Part shown: positions 37,201-45,392 of the stretch, piece after piece | Numbering within the stretch: the first letter of the stretch is position 1 | How the letters are laid out: each line of letters opens with the position of its first letter | Notes under the pieces: generated by a model | What the model saw: the letters and a program-made list of their open reading frames with translations, nothing else | Told to the model about the DNA's origin: nothing | Database searches by the model: none | DNA from: Patescibacteria group bacterium | GTDB lineage: Bacteria; Patescibacteriota; Minisyncoccia; Sungbacterales; HO2-52-23 | Assembly (NCBI GenBank): GCA_038063315.1 | Contig: JBBTVI010000006.1 | Span: 1-46,650, forward strand | DNA: 46,650 nt | Direction of reading: 5' to 3' | Made by a program: the position numbers and the translations under genes

Positions 37201-40200
37201 GTTGGCTGCAATGGGCTGCGGGGTGCAATTTGCAACATCCGCACTGTACGTTACCCCGAGCGGCAAATTACTCACCCGCACCTCGACCGGAAGGGAAGCG
37301 CCGGGAGCTGACGAGATTTTGGTGACGTAGGCGATGTTCCATGCGGTTGACGCGCGGCCCTTGAGAACAGCCGCTCCTTGGTCACCCCATGATGGCCAGG
37401 GTATTTCCGTTGTAAGCGAAAAATCAAACGAGTCAAATGCATATTGCTCAGCCAGTTCTTCCGCGGACAGGGCGCGTTTAAATACTTGCACGTCGTCTAT
37501 GACTCCGCGGAACGGCGCCGATATCGCCGGGTCGCCCGCCCAGCTGGCGCCAATCGAGACGTCCGTGTCGCGGTGCGTGAAAGAGAATGGACGAGTCCCC
37601 ATCGCATCGTTCCATGGTGCCTGAACGCCGTTCACATGTAAATTCGGCGTGCCGGAGTCATCCACGGTCACCGCGACAAGCCGCCACCCGCCCGCGTCGG
37701 TGGTGCTCGCCCTTCCCCATTCCCCGCCCGCGCGAAAATCAAATCGCCTTCCGCCGGGCGTGCTCGTTGAGTAGAGATCATATTGATCCGCATCTCCATC
37801 CTGCTTCGCGATGATCGTACCGTAGCTAAGCGAGCATAAAATTCCACAAATATTTTTGGGCTTTACCCACGCCATTATAGTGAACGGTCCTGCGGTTAAA
37901 TCAAGAGGATGGCCCGCGATTCTCGAACCCGCAATACGAACCACATCGTCTGTTCCGTCAAAGTATAACCCACCGCCGCGTAAGCCGGTGGTCCAGACCG
38001 GACCATTTACAAGCATTCCATTGTTGTTAGGGGATACGGAATCAAGGGCGACTGTTCCGGTCGCATCGTCGAATGTCCAATGCGCAATAAGGTTCGCGGA
38101 CGATACTGGAGTGATAATATTGTTCACGGTGATAAGAATCGGTGTGGATGTTGCGATGTTTCCAACCAAATCTTGTGCCACGGCTGTAATAGTGTATGCT
38201 CCATCTCCTCCGGTTGTCGTATCCCAGGATAAATTATACGGCGAGGCAGTCAGTCCCTGTCCAAAAAGCAAACCGTTTACGTAAAATTGCACTCTGCTCA
38301 CAGTGCCGCTATTGTCTGTGGCGGAAGCGGAAACAGTAAGAATACCAAATACAGCGCTGTTGTTAATAGGAGCTATAACCGAGATAAACGGCGGCTCCGT
38401 ATCTCCGGCAAACGCCGCAACGTATAGATCAAGGATTTCCGTCGGCGAGAGCGCGCGGTTATAGATGCGAACATCATCAATGGCGCCCTGAAAGTATCCG
38501 GCCTTTGCGCTTAACCTCCCGACTTCGCCGATCGAAAAGAGTCGGGGCGTATTCGCCGGCGGCGTTGTGTAGGGTTGAGAGGCAATCTGAACGCCGTTTG
38601 CAAAGAGGCGCTGTGTGGCGCCGTCCCATGAACAAACAACATGAATCCAATTTATGCCGTTGGCCGCGGGAAGCGTACTGCCAAACTCGCCCCCACGAAT
38701 AGGTCCCGGCGCGCAAGAAATATCCCGATTGGTGGACTGCGTGAGATAGAGCGAAGGCAAGCTGCCGCTCAAAGTATCAAAATCTCCGGCAATGCCATCA
38801 ATCGGCAGAGAGCCGCTAAATCCCTCTAACTCGCGTGTGGGCCGCACCCAGGCGCTCAATGTATACGCCTCAAGCGCGGCATACTCTTCAGGAGCGCCGA
38901 TAGAGACATAATCATCCACACCGTCAAATGATACCCCGTTTCCTATTTTCCCTGGCGTCCACGCGGTTCCACCGGTGAGTGTTCCTATGTTCCCCGCGCC
39001 GGACGTGTCTGTAGTGCTAGTACCATTCCCTTCGCTCATTGGCCAATAGCCGATGAGCCCCTGGGTTAAAGAAGATGGCGGAACCGCATTACTTACCGTA
39101 AACACGACAGACGCGGAAGTCGCAGTATTCCCCGCCTCATCACGTGCTACGGCCAAAACAGTGTGGGTGCCGTCAGCGATCACGGAAGTGTTAAGCGCGA
39201 TAGAATAACTCGGGGTTGATGTATCTTCACGGCCAACCTGCGCACCATCAATAAAGAATTTGACCCCTGCAACCGCAAAGTCATCAGCAGCATATGCGGT
39301 TAATTTTGTGGTGCCGAAAACGGAAACCCCGGGCAGCGGATAGGTTACCGACACAGCCGGGGGTACAAGATCTGGAGGGAAGGTTCCCACAACATCAAAT
39401 CCCCCGCTGCCGTTCGGCGTGAATGCGAGTGTGCTATTGCGAAGATCAAACGGCGAGGTCGCAGTGAACTGCTCAAAGATTGGTACGACGCCCGTGGTAC
39501 TAAAAGTAGGAGTAGCGCTGAAATTAACAGGCGTAAGCGTCGGAGAGCCGCCGGGAGCAATGCCGACGATGCCGTTTTTAGCAGTAATGCCAGAGTAGAC
39601 GAGCTCTATGCGGCCGTTATTGTACAGCGTGGCGCTGAATGTATTGGATCCTGAAGTCGCATCGCCCGGATATTCCGGAATCCCATTCCAGTCAATCACG
39701 AACTTATCTGGAAATTGCGTGTACCTCATCGTGCCAGTTGCGTCGGGAGACAAATCTACAAACAGAAGTGCGATCTGCGGCTGTTCGTTGAGTTCTGCCG
39801 TGCTCTCCACATACCCCGTGTCTCCCGCGTTAAACGTCAGCCGGCCATTAGAGTTCACAAAAATGTGAGTGCGGGTTAGGCCGTAAAACGGAAAAGTGAA
39901 ACCGCTTGTAAAAATGATGTCTTTGAAATCGTCGTCTTCGAGGATGAGGGTTTGAGGAGTGAGATTGAATTCGTCCGTGTCGCTCGGGCTCATGCATCCC
40001 GGGTCTGCGGGATAATCAATGAAACCGTCACTGTCGTTATCGAGGATGTCGGAGCATTGTTGAGGTGGATTCGTATTATCCACTCGCACACTGACAACAG
40101 TCGAGGTCGCTCTGTTCCCTGCCGCGTCGCGGGCCACAGCGAATATGGTGGAAGTGCCGTCAGAGACCGCGGTCGTATTCCATAGGGTTTGATATGGCGG

Positions 40201-43200
40201 GGCTCTGTATTCTGTGCCAAACGGAACATTGTTTATGTAAAATTGCACTCCGGCCACGGCAACGTTGTCCGAGGCGGAGGCGATGACGGTGGTGGTGCTT
40301 GATGCAATACTGTTATTCAATGGGTCAATTATAAAGATAGAAGGGGCTGTAGTATCAAAAACAACATCCGTCACCGTAATCGCTATGGTCTCCTCGTCCG
40401 TTAGGGCGCCGTCCGAGACCGAGAAGGTCGCGGTGTAGACGCCGGCCTGTGTGAAGGACGGAGTAAACGAGAAAATACGGGTGAACGGAATGAACGAGGC
40501 GCCTGTGGGAAGGTTCGTGGCGCTGTAGGTGAGTGTCTGGCCGTCCGGGTCTGTGGCAGAGAGAGTGAAAGTGAGAAGTTGATTCTCCGGAATGGTCTTC
40601 GGGCCGATTGTGTTGAGCTGTGGCGGCTGATTTGCGGCAATGGAGAACGCGATGTTCCAATCATCGGCATTGATGTTGCCGTACCGGTCTACGCAACGGA
40701 CGAAATAGAAATAACTCCCACCCTCGGAAAGCCCTGAGATAGTCGCTGTCTGCGTCGTTGTGCCGAATGCCCCAGAAAACTCATGCGCCATTTGTCCGTA
40801 AGGCGTATTGACCCGCGTATCATACCGGCATGTTGCCGCCTCATCTGTCATCAACGCGAGGGTTGCGGCGCGCGCCGTCTTCGGTAGCACGCCGGACGGA
40901 ACACCGCTCAATCGCCACGGTGCCGTATTGTCAACAATCACCACGAGATCCGCAGATGTCGCCGTATTATTACTTGTGTCCGCCGCGACCGCCATCAGCG
41001 TATGGCTGCCGTCGCTGATGGCGGTCGTATCCCACGATGCCTCATACGGAGCCGCGCTATCCGCGACGCCCCACAAAATGCCGTCCGCAAAAAACTTTAC
41101 GCCGGCTATCCCGACATTATCCGATACTGATGCCACAAGCGGCACCACGCCGGCGACGGTTACCCCGGATTGCGGGGTGGTCAGCGCGATAGTCGGACGC
41201 ATTGAATCCCGATAACCCACATGAAGGGTCGGCGCCTGCATCGCGGATGATTCATACGCAAACGCCGTGCGGCTCCCCGAACCATTCGCGAGCAAAGCGA
41301 GAGAATTCCCCGGCGTCCAGCCCGGACGATCAACGACTTCCTGAATAATCGCCGACAGATCAGGCGAGCGATATCCCAAACCCGTTCTCCACGCCCCGGG
41401 CAGCCATGAAATACTGGCCGATGTTCGCTGCCGCAGAGAAATATTCTGAGCAGTTGCCGCGAAAGCCGCCGCCGTATCCGCGTCATCGGCCGCAATCGTC
41501 ATCGCCGTATTTTGCGAATCATTTTTCCCTGCGGTCAGCGAGAGATACGCATCCGTGATCGCCACTCCGCGCGGGATCGCCGCAAACGGAAATCGGATCC
41601 CGATGATTTGATCATTCCCTTGATCCCGGAAAAAATCCAGGGTCGGATCTACAATCTTCATCGCGCCGCTCGCAACAATCTCTTCGGCGTCGTCCGATCC
41701 CGAAGCAACGCGCGCATCCAGAGAAAATGCGCTCGTCGCCGGACAATCCGGATCTTGCACATCAATCAGACCGTCCGCATCGTTATCCGCGCCGTCCGCG
41801 CAAAGCGTCTCGATGCCTGCGATACCCCCGGCCCTGTAAATAAAATCACTGTACCTCCATTGATCCATCTGATACCAGATGCGGACGTACAGCGCCCGGC
41901 CATCCTGCGGAATACCCGATACAGTGGCCGTTGTCTTTTTCTGTGTCGCCTGATTCGCAATATCGAAAGCGCCCGGAGCGCTCCCCAGATAGATCTGATA
42001 CCGCGCGGAACCCGGAATATCATTCCACGAAAATGCTGCGATAAGAGGCAGAACCGAACCGACGGCCGGTGAGACCGATAACACGGTACTGACTCCGGCG
42101 GCATTTTTTACACTCACGGAGATCGGCAATGTGCCAGACACGTTTTCGGCCGCATCGCGGGCGATGGCGGTTATCGTATGATTCCCGTCGGCGACAGCCG
42201 TCGTATTCCACACCGTTATGTAGGGCGCGATCACATCCTCCTCGCCGATCCAAAAGCCGTCCACGAAGAAACGGACGCTTGCGACCCCGATGTTATCGCT
42301 CGCTTGAGCCGTTATATCAACAACTCCGGCAACCGTGGTTCCGCCCGCCGGGGCGACTATGGCAACCGTCGGAGCTATCACATCCGCCGTCGGTACGAAA
42401 AGGATCAAGAAATCCTCTGCGCCCCAACCGTCCGGCGCAATGTCAAAATCAATATTCCACCAAAAAACCCCGTTCACATATTGTGAACTGCCGATGACTG
42501 TCCCTAAAGCTCCGTCGTTCTGCTGGCCGATCAACGCGCCGCCCGCGCCGCTTCGGACATTCAATCTGGATCCATCACCCGTCTCTACGCGCACGCGATC
42601 GCCTATCCGGAATTTTCCACTTGATACCGGAAACGTTACCGCGCTAGCAGGGAGATTTATCTCATCCGCGTCAATTGCGCTCGCGCAACCCGGATCAGCC
42701 GGATAATCAATCAGATCATCGCCGTCGTTGTCAAAACCATCAGCACATTGTGGCGATGGAGGAGGAGGTGGTGGTGGTGGCGGAGGAGCAATGATAACAT
42801 TGATCTCGTCGTTATCCGATGCATTTGCGCATCCGGGATCTAAAAGATCAATCAAGCCATCACCGTCATTATCACGACCGTCTGAACATTGAGGTGGGAT
42901 AATATTCTGAACAGTCGCGGCGATTGGCGTTGATGTTGCATGATTCCCTGCTGCATCGCGCGCAACTGCAAGAAGCGTGTATGCCCCATCCACCCCTGCA
43001 GTTGTATCCCAAATCAATCCATAAGGAGCCGCCGCATCTTCCGCGCCGAAAGGCACAAGAGAAAACGTCGGGCCACTGATCCAAAATTGCACCCCCATCA
43101 CCCCCGTATTGTCCGATGCATTCGCCGCGACCGCGACCGACGCCCCCGAGATCGTTGCGCCATCAACGGGCGCACTCAATGAAACGGACGGTGGCGTCGC

Positions 43201-44214
43201 ATCCGTGTCTGCAATCGTCACCACAACAACTTCACTATCCGTCAACGATCCATCCGAAACCGCAAACGTCACATTGTACGTCCCCGCCTGTGTTAATGTC
43301 GGCGTCCAGGAAAAAATGAGGGTTGAGGAATTAAAGGTCGCGCCCTGCGGCAGACCAGTCGCCGAATACGTTAATGCATTACCATCAGGGTCTGTACCCG
43401 AAATCGCAAATGAAAGAAGCTGACCCTCGGATACGCTCTTCGGGCCGATCGGCGTAAGAACCGGAGGATTGTTTGCTCCGACCCCCGCATACTCCACATG
43501 CAGAAGCGGTCGAACGCCGACGCCCTCATACGAATCGGCAACACGTCGCCCCGAACCAGTCACAATGATGGTCACCGCATTACCCGGTGCCCATCCCGTC
43601 CGGTTAATAACTTCCTGGACGATTGAAGAAAGATCGGGCGTTCGCTGTTTTGCACCGATCAACAGCCAGGGCGCCGGAGTCCATGAAACCGCCGCGGCTG
43701 TCCGTGCCCGCAATGAAACATTGCGCGCAACGGAAATAAACGTCGCGGACGTATCCGCATCATCGGCCTGAATCGTCAGTGCGACAGGATCAACATTTGC
43801 CGTCTCGTCAACGGTGAACTCGATATACGCGCTGGCAATGGCTGTCCCCTGCGGTATCATCACATCAGCAAACCGCATGCCGACAACCTGCGGCGTCGCG
43901 CCGTCTGTCGTCAGCTGAAGATCGGACGACGTCAAAAATACGGCCCCGGTCGAGACGATTTCCTCAGCATCATCCGAACCGATCGCAATGGACCGCTCGA
44001 GCGAGGTCACGGCCTGCGCTGAGGCCACTGGCACCCATGCTTGATTCTCTAGGAAGCGCCACGTATATCTCTCGAAGTGTCCCCCGCACAACAGAAATAA
44101 GGCGAGCGCAATCGCCGATCCTATCCGCATAATAGAAAAACCCGGCCCTCGCACACTTTGTCGCCGAAAATCTCTTAACAAGCCGTTACGATACAGGTTA
44201 TAAGACATACTCAT
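34204..44214 (-). CDS. Giant surface protein (~3340 aa): DDAEE domains x2, cadherin/He_PIG-like, multiple bacterial Ig-like, QCxDxxDNDxDG repeats, SH3-like x2, nidogen-like, LamG x2, HExxH metallopeptidase
   Basis: Continuous 10-kb ORF. Motifs SDDAEE, NNPPVLTPIG, DTTAPS, LIGYWPMSEG...IDDVRIYNRALS and AAHELFH...WMVESTA. Start uncertain (44214, 44208 or 44130). Confidence 0.9.
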   Translation of the reverse strand: MSMSYNLYRNGLLRDFRRQSVRGPGFSIMRIGSAIALALFLLCGGHFERYTWRFLENQAWVPVASAQAVTSLERSIAIGSDDAEEIVSTGAVFLTSSDLQLTTDGATPQVVGMRFADVMIPQGTAIASAYIEFTVDETANVDPVALTIQADDADTSATFISVARNVSLRARTAAAVSWTPAPWLLIGAKQRTPDLSSIVQEVINRTGWAPGNAVTIIVTGSGRRVADSYEGVGVRPLLHVEYAGVGANNPPVLTPIGPKSVSEGQLLSFAISGTDPDGNALTYSATGLPQGATFNSSTLIFSWTPTLTQAGTYNVTFAVSDGSLTDSEVVVVTIADTDATPPSVSLSAPVDGATISGASVAVAANASDNTGVMGVQFWISGPTFSLVPFGAEDAAAPYGLIWDTTAGVDGAYTLLAVARDAAGNHATSTPIAATVQNIIPPQCSDGRDNDGDGLIDLLDPGCANASDNDEINVIIAPPPPPPPPPPSPQCADGFDNDGDDLIDYPADPGCASAIDADEINLPASAVTFPVSSGKFRIGDRVRVETGDGSRLNVRSGAGGALIGQQNDGALGTVIGSSQYVNGVFWWNIDFDIAPDGWGAEDFLILFVPTADVIAPTVAIVAPAGGTTVAGVVDITAQASDNIGVASVRFFVDGFWIGEEDVIAPYITVWNTTAVADGNHTITAIARDAAENVSGTLPISVSVKNAAGVSTVLSVSPAVGSVLPLIAAFSWNDIPGSARYQIYLGSAPGAFDIANQATQKKTTATVSGIPQDGRALYVRIWYQMDQWRYSDFIYRAGGIAGIETLCADGADNDADGLIDVQDPDCPATSAFSLDARVASGSDDAEEIVASGAMKIVDPTLDFFRDQGNDQIIGIRFPFAAIPRGVAITDAYLSLTAGKNDSQNTAMTIAADDADTAAAFAATAQNISLRQRTSASISWLPGAWRTGLGYRSPDLSAIIQEVVDRPGWTPGNSLALLANGSGSRTAFAYESSAMQAPTLHVGYRDSMRPTIALTTPQSGVTVAGVVPLVASVSDNVGIAGVKFFADGILWGVADSAAPYEASWDTTAISDGSHTLMAVAADTSNNTATSADLVVIVDNTAPWRLSGVPSGVLPKTARAATLALMTDEAATCRYDTRVNTPYGQMAHEFSGAFGTTTQTATISGLSEGGSYFYFVRCVDRYGNINADDWNIAFSIAANQPPQLNTIGPKTIPENQLLTFTLSATDPDGQTLTYSATNLPTGASFIPFTRIFSFTPSFTQAGVYTATFSVSDGALTDEETIAITVTDVVFDTTAPSIFIIDPLNNSIASSTTTVIASASDNVAVAGVQFYINNVPFGTEYRAPPYQTLWNTTAVSDGTSTIFAVARDAAGNRATSTVVSVRVDNTNPPQQCSDILDNDSDGFIDYPADPGCMSPSDTDEFNLTPQTLILEDDDFKDIIFTSGFTFPFYGLTRTHIFVNSNGRLTFNAGDTGYVESTAELNEQPQIALLFVDLSPDATGTMRYTQFPDKFVIDWNGIPEYPGDATSGSNTFSATLYNNGRIELVYSGITAKNGIVGIAPGGSPTLTPVNFSATPTFSTTGVVPIFEQFTATSPFDLRNSTLAFTPNGSGGFDVVGTFPPDLVPPAVSVTYPLPGVSVFGTTKLTAYAADDFAVAGVKFFIDGAQVGREDTSTPSYSIALNTSVIADGTHTVLAVARDEAGNTATSASVVFTVSNAVPPSSLTQGLIGYWPMSEGNGTSTTDTSGAGNIGTLTGGTAWTPGKIGNGVSFDGVDDYVSIGAPEEYAALEAYTLSAWVRPTRELEGFSGSLPIDGIAGDFDTLSGSLPSLYLTQSTNRDISCAPGPIRGGEFGSTLPAANGINWIHVVCSWDGATQRLFANGVQIASQPYTTPPANTPRLFSIGEVGRLSAKAGYFQGAIDDVRIYNRALSPTEILDLYVAAFAGDTEPPFISVIAPINNSAVFGILTVSASATDNSGTVSRVQFYVNGLLFGQGLTASPYNLSWDTTTGGDGAYTITAVAQDLVGNIATSTPILITVNNIITPVSSANLIAHWTFDDATGTVALDSVSPNNNGMLVNGPVWTTGLRGGGLYFDGTDDVVRIAGSRIAGHPLDLTAGPFTIMAWVKPKNICGILCSLSYGTIIAKQDGDADQYDLYSTSTPGGRRFDFRAGGEWGRASTTDAGGWRLVAVTVDDSGTPNLHVNGVQAPWNDAMGTRPFSFTHRDTDVSIGASWAGDPAISAPFRGVIDDVQVFKRALSAEELAEQYAFDSFDFSLTTEIPWPSWGDQGAAVLKGRASTAWNIAYVTKISSAPGASLPVEVRVSNLPLGVTYSADVANCTPQPIAANGTKCSIALAFSVPANLSEGIYPIVVEGTASNGVRHETKFLLMVKQDNPQYVKGDRVATGPTSVGPIVVYAAPLSTILGNQTPNGSVQGTIVDGPFWKNIDGIGYGAYYKVDFDSGPDGWVKNWQLVYAGLTFTAPPAVALPGVGYVHALQFTASSSNKIPVAAKLTQGPPGMTIAGLTVRWTPLSADAGKTYIVKFNATTTDNILSTHQFSVTVQAPTLLASQFISAATGGTITVSATGSCLNGATLTIPAGVFQSDQTVQIATLPASYETQIAGGLGTSLIPPFIILPTATTSDALELSIPIANNCALPQGTTLENVLLESVDAGGTGPGIHPSDDSGKASWGSIFSWTSDDNISVKAKVGPAIPIHVRSVPQGALKYVTSTGDLNPFSAATCGEIICMYYFRDDAAVPPSTAFVTFYNTLLTARDTTMQYVPMPGTVEKPIIVILARTNELRTLGNRMLRLNRNVVTVSAAIMQSVAAHELFHLGQLDLMGCKAFWIDRFTFEECWGHDTNYWMVESTAVLNEEAVFDSANVWKTEPAGRVWDARLTTLPIESRYMAADIQPPYQRMSFFKQLATRYAQSEGDLLKELWLIHTRPIYNKPFWRSHGALQTLDIYLSTKRSKPLGEREVAGELLDYVYNYNVARSDALMEEISTVPIDFSIPEPQPLNDDDPTVTLMSGEAVAPLSGRSFIVDPSECAGKDVDVESSGGALGHVVVMNQGDPYPNPNTIPPNRYFSQASNNIQLGNVAGKRLVVSAVNPNFSGVQNYTVKLISHAECPLPVDPTGTTTPRSAFTESAYTSVAVRRSQGNDLVGSESFNGNPVNAIDSDANRISSGSASIFRVTGRAWGSTTGIWRPDGDSRMNTKFIVDGSRAVNIRLTVSVPRLYVPQLGTSVFDQAVVALNSDYSVSTSDGAGRSGTGYLEAHKPPYESAFRTATGDLSGLENGGTKSWTVSLPACACTMRTITVGMHIATVAMDLMGQPDAEGVIEFSAQMTTQ

Positions 44215-44556
44215 TAATTTAATTTTAACAAGAAATGCGACCAACAGCGATTCCAAAAAGCCTGAATATTCCCGATTAAAAAAAGCGCGCCCATGCGCGC
44301 CGCAGACATAAATGAAACATACACCTTGAACAAATCGGACAATCAATCAAAAAATTCATTATGATCTCCGGTCTGACAGGTCTATGTATAAAAACCTTAA
44401 TACTTTTTGACGCATCTATTCAGAAATATCAAACTATTATCTCACTGCGGAATTCTTACGCGGCACATTTTCAGGGCTTGACGAGAGTAAAAATAGCACG
44501 ATGCAACGCCCTATTCGCCCACATACGGCGTCATCTAGTGTATTACAAGTTCCCAT

Positions 44557-44616
44557 TTATCCACAGCCGAATTTACGATCGCAATAATAGCGCAGACTCC
44601 GAGGCATTTTTCCACA
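44557..44616 (+). promoter_or_regulatory. DnaA box (TTATCCACA, 44557-44565) plus a 1-mismatch box (44608-44616)
   Basis: Direct sequence match in the sufC / giant gene spacer. Confidence 0.35.
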
Positions 44617-44624
44617 GCGCCTTC

Positions 44625-45392
44625 TCAATTCCGAGACGCGCTCTCCCACGCGCTAAACCCTTGCCGTTCAATGGCGCCGAGTATAGATCCGTCGCCCTGT
44701 TGGGCGATCCGACCGCCTATGAAAACAGAAATTATGCGCGGCTCCAGCATTCTCACAATCCGGGGCGAATGACTGATGACCATCACGCCCGTTCCGCTGT
44801 CGGCAAGACGCCTGATAAGCGATACCACACCGCCGAGCGCATCCACGTCAAGGCCCGCGTCCACTTCGTCGAGAATTGCGATCTTGGGACCACGCGCAAT
44901 CATCTGCAGGAGTTCGCTCTTTTTTTTCTCTCCGCCGGAAAAACCTTCGTTGAGGGACCGCGCAAGAAACGCCGTATCAAGATGCAATTCGCCGAGCAGC
45001 GGACTCATTGCATCTTCGGCAATCGGCCCGTTTCCGATCGTCGCAAGAAACGTCTGTAGAGAAACGCCTCCGATTTCCGGCGGTTCCTGAAACGCCAAAA
45101 AAAGACCGGCGGCTGCCCGCTCCTCCGGTTTCATCGCCAATAAATCCGTCGCGCCCAGCCGCGCGGTTCCCGATGTTACAATGTATGCCGGATGCCCCGC
45201 GAGCGCATAGGCAAGAGAGCTCTTGCCGGAACCATTGGGTCCCATGACGGCATGAATCTCTCCCGCTTCAATCCGCAATGAAGCATTACATACAATGGGC
45301 TTCCCTTCCGCGGCAATCGAGAGTTGCTCAATAACGAGGTTGGTTGACGCCTCGTTCTCCTTTTTGTCCTCCGCTCCGGAAATATAACTCAT
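44625..45392 (-). CDS. sufC: Fe-S assembly ATPase SufC
   Basis: MGPNGSGKSSL, LFLAFQEP, LNEGFSGGEKKK, ILDEVDAGLD; ATGA overlap with the upstream desulfurase stop. Confidence 0.95.
   Translation of the reverse strand: MSYISGAEDKKENEASTNLVIEQLSIAAEGKPIVCNASLRIEAGEIHAVMGPNGSGKSSLAYALAGHPAYIVTSGTARLGATDLLAMKPEERAAAGLFLAFQEPPEIGGVSLQTFLATIGNGPIAEDAMSPLLGELHLDTAFLARSLNEGFSGGEKKKSELLQMIARGPKIAILDEVDAGLDVDALGGVVSLIRRLADSGTGVMVISHSPRIVRMLEPRIISVFIGGRIAQQGDGSILGAIERQGFSAWESASRN

Noticed and set aside
32004-40060. Diversity-generating retroelement (TR/VR pair) as the explanation for the duplicated segments
   Set aside because: Mismatches are not confined to adenines, many are synonymous, and no reverse transcriptase gene is in the window.
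44347-44624. Replication origin
   Set aside because: Only two DnaA-like boxes and no dnaA/dnaN context, which is insufficient evidence.
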